Source: Formosa sp. Hel1_33_131
GTDB lineage: Bacteria; Bacteroidota; Bacteroidia; Flavobacteriales; Flavobacteriaceae
DNA length: 32,000 nucleotides
NCBI RefSeq assembly: GCF_001735745.1
Contig: NZ_CP017260.1
Coordinates: 1,020,001-1,052,000, forward strand
Direction: 5' to 3'
The notes under the pieces were generated by a model. The model ran no database searches and was not told the DNA's origin. It saw only the letters and a list, made by a program, of their open reading frames with translations. Positions 19,388-28,825 of the stretch are shown here, one piece after another. Every line of letters begins with the position of its first letter. Within the stretch, counting starts at the first letter, position 1. The position numbers were made by a program, and so were the translations under genes.

Positions 19388-20437
19388 TTAAATGATCAGC
19401 ATGGCATCACCATAGCTATAGAATTTATATTTTTCTTTCACTGCTTCTTCGTAGGCTCTCTTTATAAAATCATGACCTCCAAAAGCGGCCGTCATCATTA
19501 AAAGTGTTGATTTTGGTGTATGAAAATTTGTGATCATACAGTTCGCAATTGAAAACTCAAAAGGAGGAAAGATGAATTTATTCGTCCATCCTGCAAATTC
19601 ATTTAAGTTGCCTTTAGAAGATACCGAACTTTCAATCGTACGCATGGCAGTGGTTCCAACAGCGCAAATGCGACGTTTTTCAACCAATGCTTTATTGATG
19701 GTCGTTGCGGTTGAAGCTGGTATAATAATTTCTTCACTGTCCATTTTATGCTTGGATAGATCTTCTACTTCAACAGAATTAAAAGTTCCCAATCCAACAT
19801 GTAAAGTGACTTCTGCAAAGTTAATTCCTTTGATTTCTAAACGCTTCAATAGATGCTTAGAAAAATGGAGTCCTGCGGTTGGCGCCGCAACTGCACCTTC
19901 ATTTTTAGCATAAATTGTTTGGTAACGCTCTTCGTCTTCTGGCTCAACTTCTCTGTTGATGTATTTTGGCAAAGGTGTTTGACCAAGCTCTGTTAATTTT
20001 TTTCTGAATTCTTCATAAGACCCGTCATATAAAAAACGAAGGGTACGTCCTCTTGAAGTTGTGTTATCAATGACCTCAGCAACTAGGGATTCATCTTCTC
20101 CAAAATAGAGTTTATTCCCAATTCTGATTTTTCGAGCTGGATCAACTAATACATCCCACAAACGTTGTTCTGCATTCAGTTCTCTAAGAAGAAAAACCTC
20201 AATTCGAGCCCCTGTTTTTTCTTTATTTCCAAACAAACGTGCTGGGAATACTTTGGTGTCATTAAGAATCATAACATCATCCTCATCGAAATAATCAATA
20301 ATATCTTTAAACATTTTATGTTCGATGGTTTGCTCTTTCCGATTTAAGACCATGAGTCGCGACTCATCTCTGTTTTCGGCAGGATATTCTGCTAATAATT
20401 CGTCTGGTAATTCAAAGTTAAAATGCGATAATTTCAT
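19388..20437 (-). CDS. queA: S-adenosylmethionine:tRNA ribosyltransferase-isomerase (queuosine biosynthesis)
   Basis: [31 protein letters not shown]... and ...AAPTAGLHF...[10 protein letters not shown]...VGTT are typical of QueA. The length is 349 aa. Confidence 0.92.
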   Translation of the reverse strand: MKLSHFNFELPDELLAEYPAENRDESRLMVLNRKEQTIEHKMFKDIIDYFDEDDVMILNDTKVFPARLFGNKEKTGARIEVFLLRELNAEQRLWDVLVDPARKIRIGNKLYFGEDESLVAEVIDNTTSRGRTLRFLYDGSYEEFRKKLTELGQTPLPKYINREVEPEDEERYQTIYAKNEGAVAAPTAGLHFSKHLLKRLEIKGINFAEVTLHVGLGTFNSVEVEDLSKHKMDSEEIIIPASTATTINKALVEKRRICAVGTTAMRTIESSVSSKGNLNEFAGWTNKFIFPPFEFSIANCMITNFHTPKSTLLMMTAAFGGHDFIKRAYEEAVKEKYKFYSYGDAMLII

Positions 20438-20504
20438 GCTTGGTTTTTAATGTCGAGCTGCGAATATACAACCTCAAAATAGGCGTTGTCAAGTATTTGA
20501 ACCT

Positions 20505-21737
20505 TTATTTTTCGGATACGGAGGTATTGAAACCTAATTCTGCTAAATTGTTCCAAAAATCAGGGAAGGATTTTGAAACCACTTCTGCTTCTTTTATAGA
20601 GAATTCTGTTCTAAGTGCTAAGGGTGCAAAGGCCATTGCCATGCGGTGATCGTTATAGGTTTCTACAACGGGCCCCGATGTTAAGAGCTTGGAATCCGAA
20701 AGATGTAAACTGTCATCCGTAATATCAATTGAAGTTCCGAATTTATAGATCTCATTTTTCAACGCTTCCAAACGGTCGGTTTCTTTAATTTTGAGGGTAT
20801 GCAAGCCTGTGAGATTGCACTTCACCTGAAGCCCTAAACATGTTACGACAATCGTTTGTGCGATGTCAGGCGCATTGGCTAAATCTAAATCCAAGCTGTC
20901 TGGCACATTGGTGTTGATTTTTTTTAAGTTGATTTTAGAGCCTTCAAAAGTTGTTTGAACGCCCAAATGCGTGTAAATTTCCTGCAATACCGCATCGCCT
21001 TGTAAACTGTCTTTTTTGTAAGTACTTAAATTTATTTGAGTCCCTACTGGACTCAAGGCAACAATGCTATAAAAATAGGAGGCCGACGACCAGTCGGACT
21101 CTACAGTAAATGTTTTTGAAACGGTGTCTAAATAGGGTTTTACTCGGATCACTTGACCTTCAAAACTGGTTTCAACTCCGAGTTGATCCAATAATGAAAG
21201 GGTCATTTTAATGTAAGGAACCGAAGTGATTTTCCCCTCAAGGTGTAATGTCAATCCATTTTTAAGCTTGGTAGCCATCAGCAATAATGCGGAGATGTAC
21301 TGACTGCTGACATTCGCTTTCATTCGGACTTCGTCCTTGAGCAAGGTTTTTCCTGTGATTCGCAAGGGTGGAAATCCTTCTTCTTTGTCATACTCAATGT
21401 CTGCACCCAATGCTCTTAAAGTATCGACTAGAATTTTGATCGGACGTTCTTGCATTCTTTGAGAACCCGTTAGCAAAGTCGTTTTACCGTCTAAAGTCGC
21501 AAAATAGGCGGTCAAAAAACGCATGGCTGTACCCGCATGATGAATGTCAACAATGGGATTATCAGAATCCAATGCTTTGAGCATGTACTGACTGTCATCA
21601 GAATTGGAGACATTCTGAATTTCTAAATTTTTAAAAAGTGCTTTTAATAATAACAGTCGGTTCGACTCACTTTTGGACCCTGTAATCGTAATATCGGTAC
21701 TTGGGTTGATGCTTGAATTTTGAAGGAAAAGATGCAA
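20505..21737 (-). CDS. aroA: 3-phosphoshikimate 1-carboxyvinyltransferase (EPSP synthase)
   Basis: ITGSKSESNRLLLL near the N-terminus, then HAGTAMRFL, and DHRMAMAFAPLAL near the C-terminus. The start is TTG at 21737, and no upstream ATG is available before the conserved N-terminal motif. Confidence 0.9.
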   Translation of the reverse strand: MHLFLQNSSINPSTDITITGSKSESNRLLLLKALFKNLEIQNVSNSDDSQYMLKALDSDNPIVDIHHAGTAMRFLTAYFATLDGKTTLLTGSQRMQERPIKILVDTLRALGADIEYDKEEGFPPLRITGKTLLKDEVRMKANVSSQYISALLLMATKLKNGLTLHLEGKITSVPYIKMTLSLLDQLGVETSFEGQVIRVKPYLDTVSKTFTVESDWSSASYFYSIVALSPVGTQINLSTYKKDSLQGDAVLQEIYTHLGVQTTFEGSKINLKKINTNVPDSLDLDLANAPDIAQTIVVTCLGLQVKCNLTGLHTLKIKETDRLEALKNEIYKFGTSIDITDDSLHLSDSKLLTSGPVVETYNDHRMAMAFAPLALRTEFSIKEAEVVSKSFPDFWNNLAELGFNTSVSEK

Positions 21738-21740
21738 AAT

Positions 21741-22067
21741 CTATTTTAGTTTTTCGTTGCTATGATGACGGTTATGATCCCGTTTGGTTTTTATCTCTAG
21801 CTTTTTATCAAAAGCTTCTTGCAAATTTACACCAGTTTGATTGGCTAAACAAAGAACAACGAATAAAACATCTGCTAATTCTTCACCCAAATCTTTATTT
21901 TTATCACTTTCTTTTTCGCTTTGCTCGCCGTAACGTCTTGAGATGATGCGCGCCACTTCGCCCACTTCTTCAGTGAGTTGTGCCATATTAGTGAGTTCGT
22001 TAAAATAGCGAACACCGTGTGCTTTGATCCAAGTATCGACTGTTTTTTGTGCGTGTTGAAGGTCCAT
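21741..22067 (-). CDS. MazG-like nucleotide pyrophosphohydrolase (small all-alpha NTP-PPase)
   Basis: LTEEVGEVARII...LGEELADVLFVVLCLANQTGVNLQEAF carries the EExxE/ExxD MazG signature. The length is 108 aa. It is tightly packed between the DUF3858-type gene and aroA. Confidence 0.8.
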   Translation of the reverse strand: MDLQHAQKTVDTWIKAHGVRYFNELTNMAQLTEEVGEVARIISRRYGEQSEKESDKNKDLGEELADVLFVVLCLANQTGVNLQEAFDKKLEIKTKRDHNRHHSNEKLK

Positions 22068-24089
22068 TTATTTTTTCGTTAAAACTATTTGTTCGTTTTC
22101 TTTTTCTATTAGCTTGTTAAAATACGCTTTTAATGTGTCATAATGCATAGAAGATATAATTGGGGTGTTTATTTTAGACTCTATTACTAATTGTATTGCT
22201 GATTCGTTGTGAGATAAATTATATTTAAATAACCCAAAGTTTTCAGGCAAAGCAAAAGCTTCTGCTTTTGGTAATGACTCTACTTTATAACCTTCTGGCA
22301 AACTGATAGTCAATCTATATAAGCTAGTAGATGGATACCCGAAATCTACTGGGAATTCTCTTTTTTCTAATTTAAATGGATTTTCTTTCGATTTTAAAAA
22401 GAATAAAGGAGAAAAATATATTTTATCGCCTATAATATCCGCTTGATTATCTATAGCAAATTTATAAATTTCTATAATAGGTTTTGTCAAATCAACTAAG
22501 TTATTTACTTTAAAATCTGAACCTTCTAAACCATCATACTTGTTTTCTAACTTCTCTAGAAAATCGTTTTCATCTGTATTATTATATCTGTTTCTGTAAG
22601 ATAGGGCTGAGTGATTTGTTTTCACGCTTCGGATGCTTCCCTTTATACTTCCATCTTCAGATAAATTGACAAGCATTAAAGTGGTTCTTTTTGAGTTTTC
22701 TTTAGGATATAAATTAATTAAACTCGATGTTCCATTTTTTTTAATAATTCTTCCTTCCCAATTTAAAGCTGTATAAGGTAAAATGTTTGGAGAACCATAT
22801 TTATTAGTCGCATCTAATAAAACCTTACCCGTTGGCAACTCCACGCACGAAATAACATAATTATAGCCTTCTCTCGTTGGAAATAGTGGAATTCCATTAT
22901 CTCTAGTGCTTACCAAAACGGGGTTTGCGTCTAATCCTGCATAACGTAGCATTGAGGTTAACATTAAATTAATTTCGGCCACATTACCTACCTGTTCTTT
23001 GTATGCTTTTTTAACACCATCGCTGGTGTATTTACCATAATATTCATTCCATTTTACTTTGGATTTGACAAAATCGAAAATTAATGCTATTTTTTTACTA
23101 GGATCTGAAACCGTGCTTATAAGCGCATCTATATCATTTTTATAATACCCAGATTTATTTAATTCTGCGCCAAAATTAGAACTTTTATATATGGTTTGAA
23201 CCACATCTTCCCATGTTGTAGAGTAATGTTTTATTGGGGAGTTGGGTAATTTCACATAGGATAGTTCATATTTAACTGAAGATCTGTAATTATCAATATT
23301 GTTTACGTGAGGCTCTTCTTTTAAAGCAGGAATGTTTTCTAGATTATATGTGGATACTGTTTTTGTAAACTCTAAATCAGAATAGCTATAAGTTGTTGAT
23401 GTATGTGGAGTTACAGATCCCTTAGCTTCAGATCTGTGTTTATTTCTAAATGAAATTTTATCACTTCGTTTTTCTGTTTTAGGAGTGATTGGCAAAAAGC
23501 CTTTCAAGTTCATTTTAAAATTATAATACTCTGGAGCTTGAAACTCAGCTTCTAATTTTTTTATTGGGATGGCGTGCTGAAATTGAAATTCATCTATATT
23601 TTGATAAAAAGGAGATCGTATTTTGTATTCATACTCCACAATCGAACCTTCTTTAATATTGGGCATTGTGAATTTTGTTTCTTTACGGAATTTTGATTTT
23701 TCTGTTTTAAAAATACCGCTTTTTTTGAGTTTAACACCTTCCATTTTACCGTCAGTTAAATTGTAGGTGTAGGCTTTTAAACCCGTTACTTTCTCTTGAC
23801 TTGAACTGCTTTTGTAAAGACTTATGGCTTTTGTAGCATAATTAAATCCTTCTTGGTTGTAGATTTTGACACGTTCGTGCACTTCTGTTACTAGCTCAAA
23901 ACCGGTACTTTGATTATACTCGAAAAATGTTTTTCGATATTTATATAAATAAGTGGCGCTTGCCGACGAATCTAATGGATTAAATTTTTCTTGGAGTTCT
24001 TCTTTTGAAATTTTTCCAAATTTATAATTTTGTGAAGTTGTTATTTGACATACAAATAACACAACTAATAGGATGGCTGGGGTTTTCAT
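22068..24089 (-). CDS. Secreted DUF3857/DUF3858-type protein with a catalytically degenerate transglutaminase-like core
   Basis: Signal peptide ILLVVLFVCQITTSQ. The core VGNVAEINLMLTSMLRYAGLDANPVLVSTRD...YNYVISCV...LLDAT aligns with the Cys/His/Asp core of the upstream paralog but lacks the Cys and His. Confidence 0.65.
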   Translation of the reverse strand: MKTPAILLVVLFVCQITTSQNYKFGKISKEELQEKFNPLDSSASATYLYKYRKTFFEYNQSTGFELVTEVHERVKIYNQEGFNYATKAISLYKSSSSQEKVTGLKAYTYNLTDGKMEGVKLKKSGIFKTEKSKFRKETKFTMPNIKEGSIVEYEYKIRSPFYQNIDEFQFQHAIPIKKLEAEFQAPEYYNFKMNLKGFLPITPKTEKRSDKISFRNKHRSEAKGSVTPHTSTTYSYSDLEFTKTVSTYNLENIPALKEEPHVNNIDNYRSSVKYELSYVKLPNSPIKHYSTTWEDVVQTIYKSSNFGAELNKSGYYKNDIDALISTVSDPSKKIALIFDFVKSKVKWNEYYGKYTSDGVKKAYKEQVGNVAEINLMLTSMLRYAGLDANPVLVSTRDNGIPLFPTREGYNYVISCVELPTGKVLLDATNKYGSPNILPYTALNWEGRIIKKNGTSSLINLYPKENSKRTTLMLVNLSEDGSIKGSIRSVKTNHSALSYRNRYNNTDENDFLEKLENKYDGLEGSDFKVNNLVDLTKPIIEIYKFAIDNQADIIGDKIYFSPLFFLKSKENPFKLEKREFPVDFGYPSTSLYRLTISLPEGYKVESLPKAEAFALPENFGLFKYNLSHNESAIQLVIESKINTPIISSMHYDTLKAYFNKLIEKENEQIVLTKK

Positions 24090-24092
24090 TTA

Positions 24093-26009
24093 TTATTCTT
24101 TTTTAATTAATGCTATTTTTGAGGTATCTTGTTTTGAAACTTCTTTATAAAAATCTCTAAAACTACTATAGTCTTCTTTAGGGAATTCGCCATCGCTCAC
24201 AACAAATTCTCTTTTATAAATTAACGTATTTTCGTCTTTAGCGATTACTTCTGATTTATAACTGCCAAATTTGTTTTCAATTATTTTTTTATTTGGCAAC
24301 GATTCTACTTTGTAGTTTTGTGGCAATGTAATTTCTACCTCATCAATATCTTTAAAGCCTCTTTTAATTTTTAGCGGCAGTTTCCTGTTTCTGTAGCGGT
24401 CAGGTATATGTGTGTTTCTGTTTAAGGCATTAACTGTTAAAAGCATTCTATTCGCAATTATTTTAGAATAGTTTATAGCTTTAAATCTTACCGTTTCGTT
24501 AAACACAATACTCTCTTTGTCATTAACAATAGATATTTCATTGATAGAAATATCATTAATATACCCCCAGCGATTCTTGTAATGCTTATCTAAATCTCTC
24601 TCGGTTTCAGTTTCTAACCAATATTTATCATCGTACTGAATTCCTTTAGATTTAAGGGTTGCATTTACATCAATAGTACCATCATCAAATACTTTGTAAT
24701 TCGCTTTTATAAGCTGAGTGTTTTCCTCTGTCGTATATTTTTTGGTGTGTTTTATCTGACCCCCTTGTGGAGTAATTACTAACACATCTCTATTGTCAGT
24801 AAAGTCGCCAATAAAACCAAATGGTAGTTTTTGATTGGTACATTCTAACCAGATATCTTCTTTGTTTTTTTGGGGAATTGATAATATTGCATGATTCGCT
24901 TGCATTATTGTAAAGTCTTTTTCAATATCTCTCTGAGAGTTCCCTGCAAAAAGTAAAGTGAAATTTGAATTAACTCCAACAGCTTTTAATAGTGACATAG
25001 TATAATTAGTTAATCCTTTACAATCCCCATAACCTAACCGATCTACTTCTGATGCATTAAAAGGTTTCCAGCCACCAATACCAACTTGGACACTTATATA
25101 CCTAACCTTATCTTGAACGTATTGATATATTTTTTTCGCCTTACCTATATCAGTTTTCTCATCTTTTACTAAATCTTGAATATAAACAGCTGTACTTTCA
25201 GGTAAATCAATAGTACTTTCTATTAAATCAAAATATACCCATTTCCCAAAATCATTCCAGTTTTCAGCTTCAGCATAAACCCCCTCATAAGTAAATTCAT
25301 TTGCTGCTACCAAAATTTTTGGAGCAAAATCTACCATTGATGGACTGTACTCTTCTGGTTTAAGAGCATTCATGTTTTTAGTTTTATAAAATATTCTGCC
25401 CGCGACCGCCTCTATTTCAATATCTCTATTTTCAATATTTTTCTCTTTCTTTCTAATGGTAATATTTGTGGGGTAATTTAACGCATAAGTGCTTACTTCT
25501 GTACTTACAAAGTAATCATCAATTGGTACAAATGAAGGAATAAAAGCAGTATTGCCTGTGGTAGTTTCGCAGGTGAATTGTATTGTATAAGGATAGTCAA
25601 TTGGAGTGTATTCTAAATATTTTACTCTTGAATCAGAATATAGAGTGCCTCCATCTACAGCACTCACATCTTTAAAATCATTCTTTTTTATTTTTTTTAT
25701 TTGATTTCCTAAAGCATCAAAAGCTAAAACTTGAAGGGTTTTAATTTTAACATTTCTATCATAATACACAAAGGCGTCTATGTTTTCGTTTCCTTTTTTA
25801 TTTAATATGGTTATAATTCGTTTTTCTTTAACAGACATCTGGCTGGAAGATTTCAACGATACAATAACCTCATTGAGTCTTACAACCGCATTTGCGTTAT
25901 CCATCATCGCTTCATCTATATGAGATACGGATAATTCTGGACGGTCTTGAGAATAAACTAAAAACGCATTAAGTAAAAGGCAAAAGCCTATGAGCTTTCT
26001 GAAGGACAT
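24093..26009 (-). CDS. Secreted DUF3857 + transglutaminase-like cysteine-protease-fold protein
   Basis: Signal peptide FCLLLNAFLVYSQ. The core reads GYGDCKGLTNYTMSLLKAVGV...ANHAILSI...WLECT, giving a Cys-His-acidic triad arrangement typical of transglutaminase-like domains. Confidence 0.7.
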   Translation of the reverse strand: MSFRKLIGFCLLLNAFLVYSQDRPELSVSHIDEAMMDNANAVVRLNEVIVSLKSSSQMSVKEKRIITILNKKGNENIDAFVYYDRNVKIKTLQVLAFDALGNQIKKIKKNDFKDVSAVDGGTLYSDSRVKYLEYTPIDYPYTIQFTCETTTGNTAFIPSFVPIDDYFVSTEVSTYALNYPTNITIRKKEKNIENRDIEIEAVAGRIFYKTKNMNALKPEEYSPSMVDFAPKILVAANEFTYEGVYAEAENWNDFGKWVYFDLIESTIDLPESTAVYIQDLVKDEKTDIGKAKKIYQYVQDKVRYISVQVGIGGWKPFNASEVDRLGYGDCKGLTNYTMSLLKAVGVNSNFTLLFAGNSQRDIEKDFTIMQANHAILSIPQKNKEDIWLECTNQKLPFGFIGDFTDNRDVLVITPQGGQIKHTKKYTTEENTQLIKANYKVFDDGTIDVNATLKSKGIQYDDKYWLETETERDLDKHYKNRWGYINDISINEISIVNDKESIVFNETVRFKAINYSKIIANRMLLTVNALNRNTHIPDRYRNRKLPLKIKRGFKDIDEVEITLPQNYKVESLPNKKIIENKFGSYKSEVIAKDENTLIYKREFVVSDGEFPKEDYSSFRDFYKEVSKQDTSKIALIKKE

Positions 26010-26109
26010 AATAAAGTAGGTTTACGGGTGAAAAAGGGTATGATTTCAACTGAAATATTTTGATAGGTTGGGGTATAAAAATATTATTTGCAATAAATAT
26101 AAAAAAAAA

Positions 26110-26565
26110 TTATAGATCCCGCGCTTTTGAATCCATAATAATTGTGACAGGACCATCATTCAGAAGAGCGACTTTCATGTCTGCACCAAACGCGCCTGTT
26201 TGGACGGTCTGTCCTAAATCTGTTTCAAATTGACGAACAAATTGCTCGTAAAGGGGTTTTGCAATTTCGGGTTTGGCAGCTTTGATATAACTGGGGCGGT
26301 TGCCTTTTTTGGTTTGTGCGTACAGTGTAAACTGACTCACCACAATCGCCGATCCGTTGCTGTCTTTTAGAGAAGTATTCATCACGCCTTCGGCATCATT
26401 AAAAATACGGAGATTTGTCAATTTGTTGCTCAACCATTGAATGTCTTCTGTAGTATCGGCATCCATAATTCCTAAAAGCACTAATAATCCAGAAGCGATA
26501 TTCGCCACTTTGGTTCCGTCAATGGTCACACTGGCTTCCGTCACTCTTTGAATGACTGCTCTCAT
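26110..26565 (-). CDS. dtd: D-aminoacyl-tRNA deacylase
   Basis: MRAVIQRV...GLLVLLGI...VSQFTLYA...KGNRPS are classical Dtd motifs. The length is 151 aa. Its ATG overlaps the rsgA stop by 4 nt. Confidence 0.92.
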   Translation of the reverse strand: MRAVIQRVTEASVTIDGTKVANIASGLLVLLGIMDADTTEDIQWLSNKLTNLRIFNDAEGVMNTSLKDSNGSAIVVSQFTLYAQTKKGNRPSYIKAAKPEIAKPLYEQFVRQFETDLGQTVQTGAFGADMKVALLNDGPVTIIMDSKARDL

Positions 26566-27512
26566 TTTGGCTCGTAATTATCCGTTCGGTAATGTTCGTC
26601 GTCGCCTTCCAAAATTTGGGTATAACTTTTATAGCGGGAAGCTGAGACTTCGCCGTTTTCGAGTGCTAATTTGACCGCACATTGAGGTTCGTGTAAATGC
26701 AGACAGTTATGAAATTTACAAGATTGTTTTAAGGCAAATAACTCAGGAAAATAATGATCCACTTCAGCAGGTTCCATATCCACGACGCCAAATCCTTTGA
26801 TGCCGGGCGTGTCTATAATTCGAGCGTCAAAACTCAAATCAAACATTTCAGCAAAGGTTGTGGTGTGTTGTCCTTGCTTGTGTTGCTCTGAAATTTCTTT
26901 GGTTTTGATATTTAAACCGGGCTCAATCGCATTTACTAAGGTCGATTTTCCAACCCCTGAATGTCCCGCAAACATGCTTGACTTTCCAGTCATCAAGGTT
27001 TTAACCGCTTCGATATTCTCGCCTGTTAAAGCAGAAATACTTAAACATGGATAGCCAATATTCTCGTAGAGTTCAGATAATTCGTGTACAATGTTTTGAG
27101 TGGCTTCGTCATTCACATCTGCTTTATTAAAAAGTAAAACGGCTTTAATGGCATAGGCTTCGGTAGTCGCTAAAAAACGATCAATAAAACTTGTGAACGT
27201 CGGAGGGCTATCGATGGTAATTAACAAAAACACTTGGTCAATATTACTCGCAATGATGTGGGTTTGCTTAGAAAGGTTGACCGATTTCCGAACGATGTAG
27301 TTGGTGCGCGGATGAATTGTTGTGATGACCCCTGTTTGGGTATTGTTACTTGTTTCTAAATCAAAATCCACACGATCGCCAACCGCAAGTGGATTGGTGC
27401 TTTTAATTCCCTGAATTCGGAATTTCCCTTTGATACGGCACTCGTAGAAATCCCCTTCCAGAGATTTAATAGAGTACCAACTCCCTGTAGACTTATATAC
27501 AATTCCTGTCAT
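26562..27512 (-). CDS. rsgA: Ribosome small-subunit-dependent GTPase A
   Basis: The OB-fold N-terminus is [13 protein letters not shown]...GDRVDF. The circularly permuted GTPase motifs are LLFNKAD and [10 protein letters not shown]...DTPG. The zinc knuckle is [15 protein letters not shown] start at the internal ATG at 27512, because the 58-codon upstream extension in the ORF track (to 27686) is non-homologous and would overlap the divergent gene. Confidence 0.88.
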   Translation of the reverse strand: MTGIVYKSTGSWYSIKSLEGDFYECRIKGKFRIQGIKSTNPLAVGDRVDFDLETSNNTQTGVITTIHPRTNYIVRKSVNLSKQTHIIASNIDQVFLLITIDSPPTFTSFIDRFLATTEAYAIKAVLLFNKADVNDEATQNIVHELSELYENIGYPCLSISALTGENIEAVKTLMTGKSSMFAGHSGVGKSTLVNAIEPGLNIKTKEISEQHKQGQHTTTFAEMFDLSFDARIIDTPGIKGFGVVDMEPAEVDHYFPELFALKQSCKFHNCLHLHEPQCAVKLALENGEVSASRYKSYTQILEGDDEHYRTDNYEPK

Positions 27513-27597
27513 TCTTGATTTTAAATATCTTAACAAAGAAACACATTTCTTTTTAATATATTTTGTTCTACCTTTGAAATCCAATTTAACTTTAGAT

Positions 27598-28404
27598 ATG
27601 AAAAAAACAACACTATTTGTTTTGCTACTTACAGTCGCATTACAATTCGCTAATGCGCAAGAGGTTATCACCAATGCCTCGATCATTCAAATGAAAGAAT
27701 TAGGTTTTGATGAAACCATTATTTTAAGCAAAATTAACTCTTCGGATGTTGATTTTGATTCTTCTATTACGGCACTGTCAAAACTAAAAGAGTCTGGAGT
27801 ATCTTCTGAGGTGATCGCCTTAGTGATGCAAAAAGCTGAGTTTAGCACAAAATCCAAAACAGGGATTTATTATTTAGCGGCAGACGATTCTCTAAAACCT
27901 ATTTTAGCTTCTGTATTTTCAGGAACGAATCAAAATGCGGTTGCACAACAGTTAGTTTCTGGTTTGATCAACGCGAAAGTAAAATCGCAATTACCAAAAA
28001 GAACATCTAACAATGTGATTAAATCAAGATCTCCAGAGTTTACATTTATCTTTGACCCCGCAACAGGCGGTGATAATATGCAAAATTTCCAAGGAGAAAG
28101 CCAAAGTTTGTTTAACTGGTGGTTTAGAGTTGCAACCTCTCCAAATGAGTTTGTACTGGTAAAAATGAGAGTGAAAAAGTCTAAAAACTTAAGAGAAGTA
28201 ATTACTTCAAAATCCAATATGTTTACAAGCAGTAATGGGATCGATCCAAAAGCATCCATTGCTTTTAAGATTGAAACGATTGGAAACAATAAATTTACAG
28301 TGGTTCCTGAAGGTTTAGAGCCAGGAGAGTATTGCTTTATTTACCAAGGAAATGTACCTAACGGACGTGAAAATCAGTCTGTATTTGATTTCTCTATTAA
28401 ATAA
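27598..28404 (+). CDS. Hypothetical secreted protein (268 aa)
   Basis: The ATG at 27598 gives a clean signal peptide (MKKTTLFVLLLTVALQFANAQ), whereas the track start at 27574 is a TTG. No family was recognised. A rho-independent terminator follows. Confidence 0.7.
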   Translation: MKKTTLFVLLLTVALQFANAQEVITNASIIQMKELGFDETIILSKINSSDVDFDSSITALSKLKESGVSSEVIALVMQKAEFSTKSKTGIYYLAADDSLKPILASVFSGTNQNAVAQQLVSGLINAKVKSQLPKRTSNNVIKSRSPEFTFIFDPATGGDNMQNFQGESQSLFNWWFRVATSPNEFVLVKMRVKKSKNLREVITSKSNMFTSSNGIDPKASIAFKIETIGNNKFTVVPEGLEPGEYCFIYQGNVPNGRENQSVFDFSIK

Positions 28405-28453
28405 CAATTCAGAGCCTAGAATGTAGGTTATACGTATTATTATAAAATAAATC

Positions 28454-28488
28454 AAACCCCCGTGGAGTGCGCTTCGCGGGGTTTTTTT
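28454..28488 (+). terminator. Rho-independent terminator after the 27598..28404 gene
   Basis: ccccg (28458-62) pairs with cgggg (28477-81), and the stem can be extended by g464-c475, a466-t473 and wobble pairs. It is followed by T7 (28482-28488). Confidence 0.7.
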
Positions 28489-28825
28489 GTGCGAAATTTT
28501 GAAGGTTTTCTACCTCTATAATTTATTTGTTTTAAAATGCAAGTAATTATCTGTCAGCTATTTAAATTAAGATTTGTCAGCTGTTTTTTTGGGAGATTTA
28601 AATATATGTTATAAGTTTGAGTGATGAAGACCCCAAATCTAAATCTTCAAAAGTAATTTGACCGAAGTTTTAGATATTGTTTTATTTGAATTACAAAATA
28701 CACTTGGGAACTAGAGTGGTACAATACACGCCGATTTGGGATGCATTGAACCACTCCAAACAAGATATAATGATAAGCACCACTAGTGGTTTATATACAG
28801 TAGTTATGCATTAATAAAAAAGCGA

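Noticed and set aside
15543-20649. Short ORFs antisense to or overlapping xth, the OmpA-family gene, tas, rlmN, queA and aroA (for example 15543..15740, 16262..16934, 17522..17961, 18303..18989, 19530..19913, 20165..20347, 20440..20649)
   Set aside because: All of them lie within or across confidently identified conserved genes on the opposite strand. None has recognisable domains.
21713-21946. Plus-strand ORF 21713..21946 spanning the aroA start and the mazG-like gene
   Set aside because: It is antisense to two tightly packed conserved genes and shows no supporting features.
27513-27686. 58-codon N-terminal extension of rsgA in the ORF track (start at 27686)
   Set aside because: The extension has no RsgA similarity. 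It overlaps the divergent 27598 gene and its signal-peptide region. The canonical RsgA N-terminus ([13 protein letters not shown]) begins at the ATG at 27512.
26797-28289. ORFs 26797..27054 (+) and 27930..28289 (-)
   Set aside because: They are antisense shadows within rsgA and within the 27598..28404 secreted-protein gene respectively.
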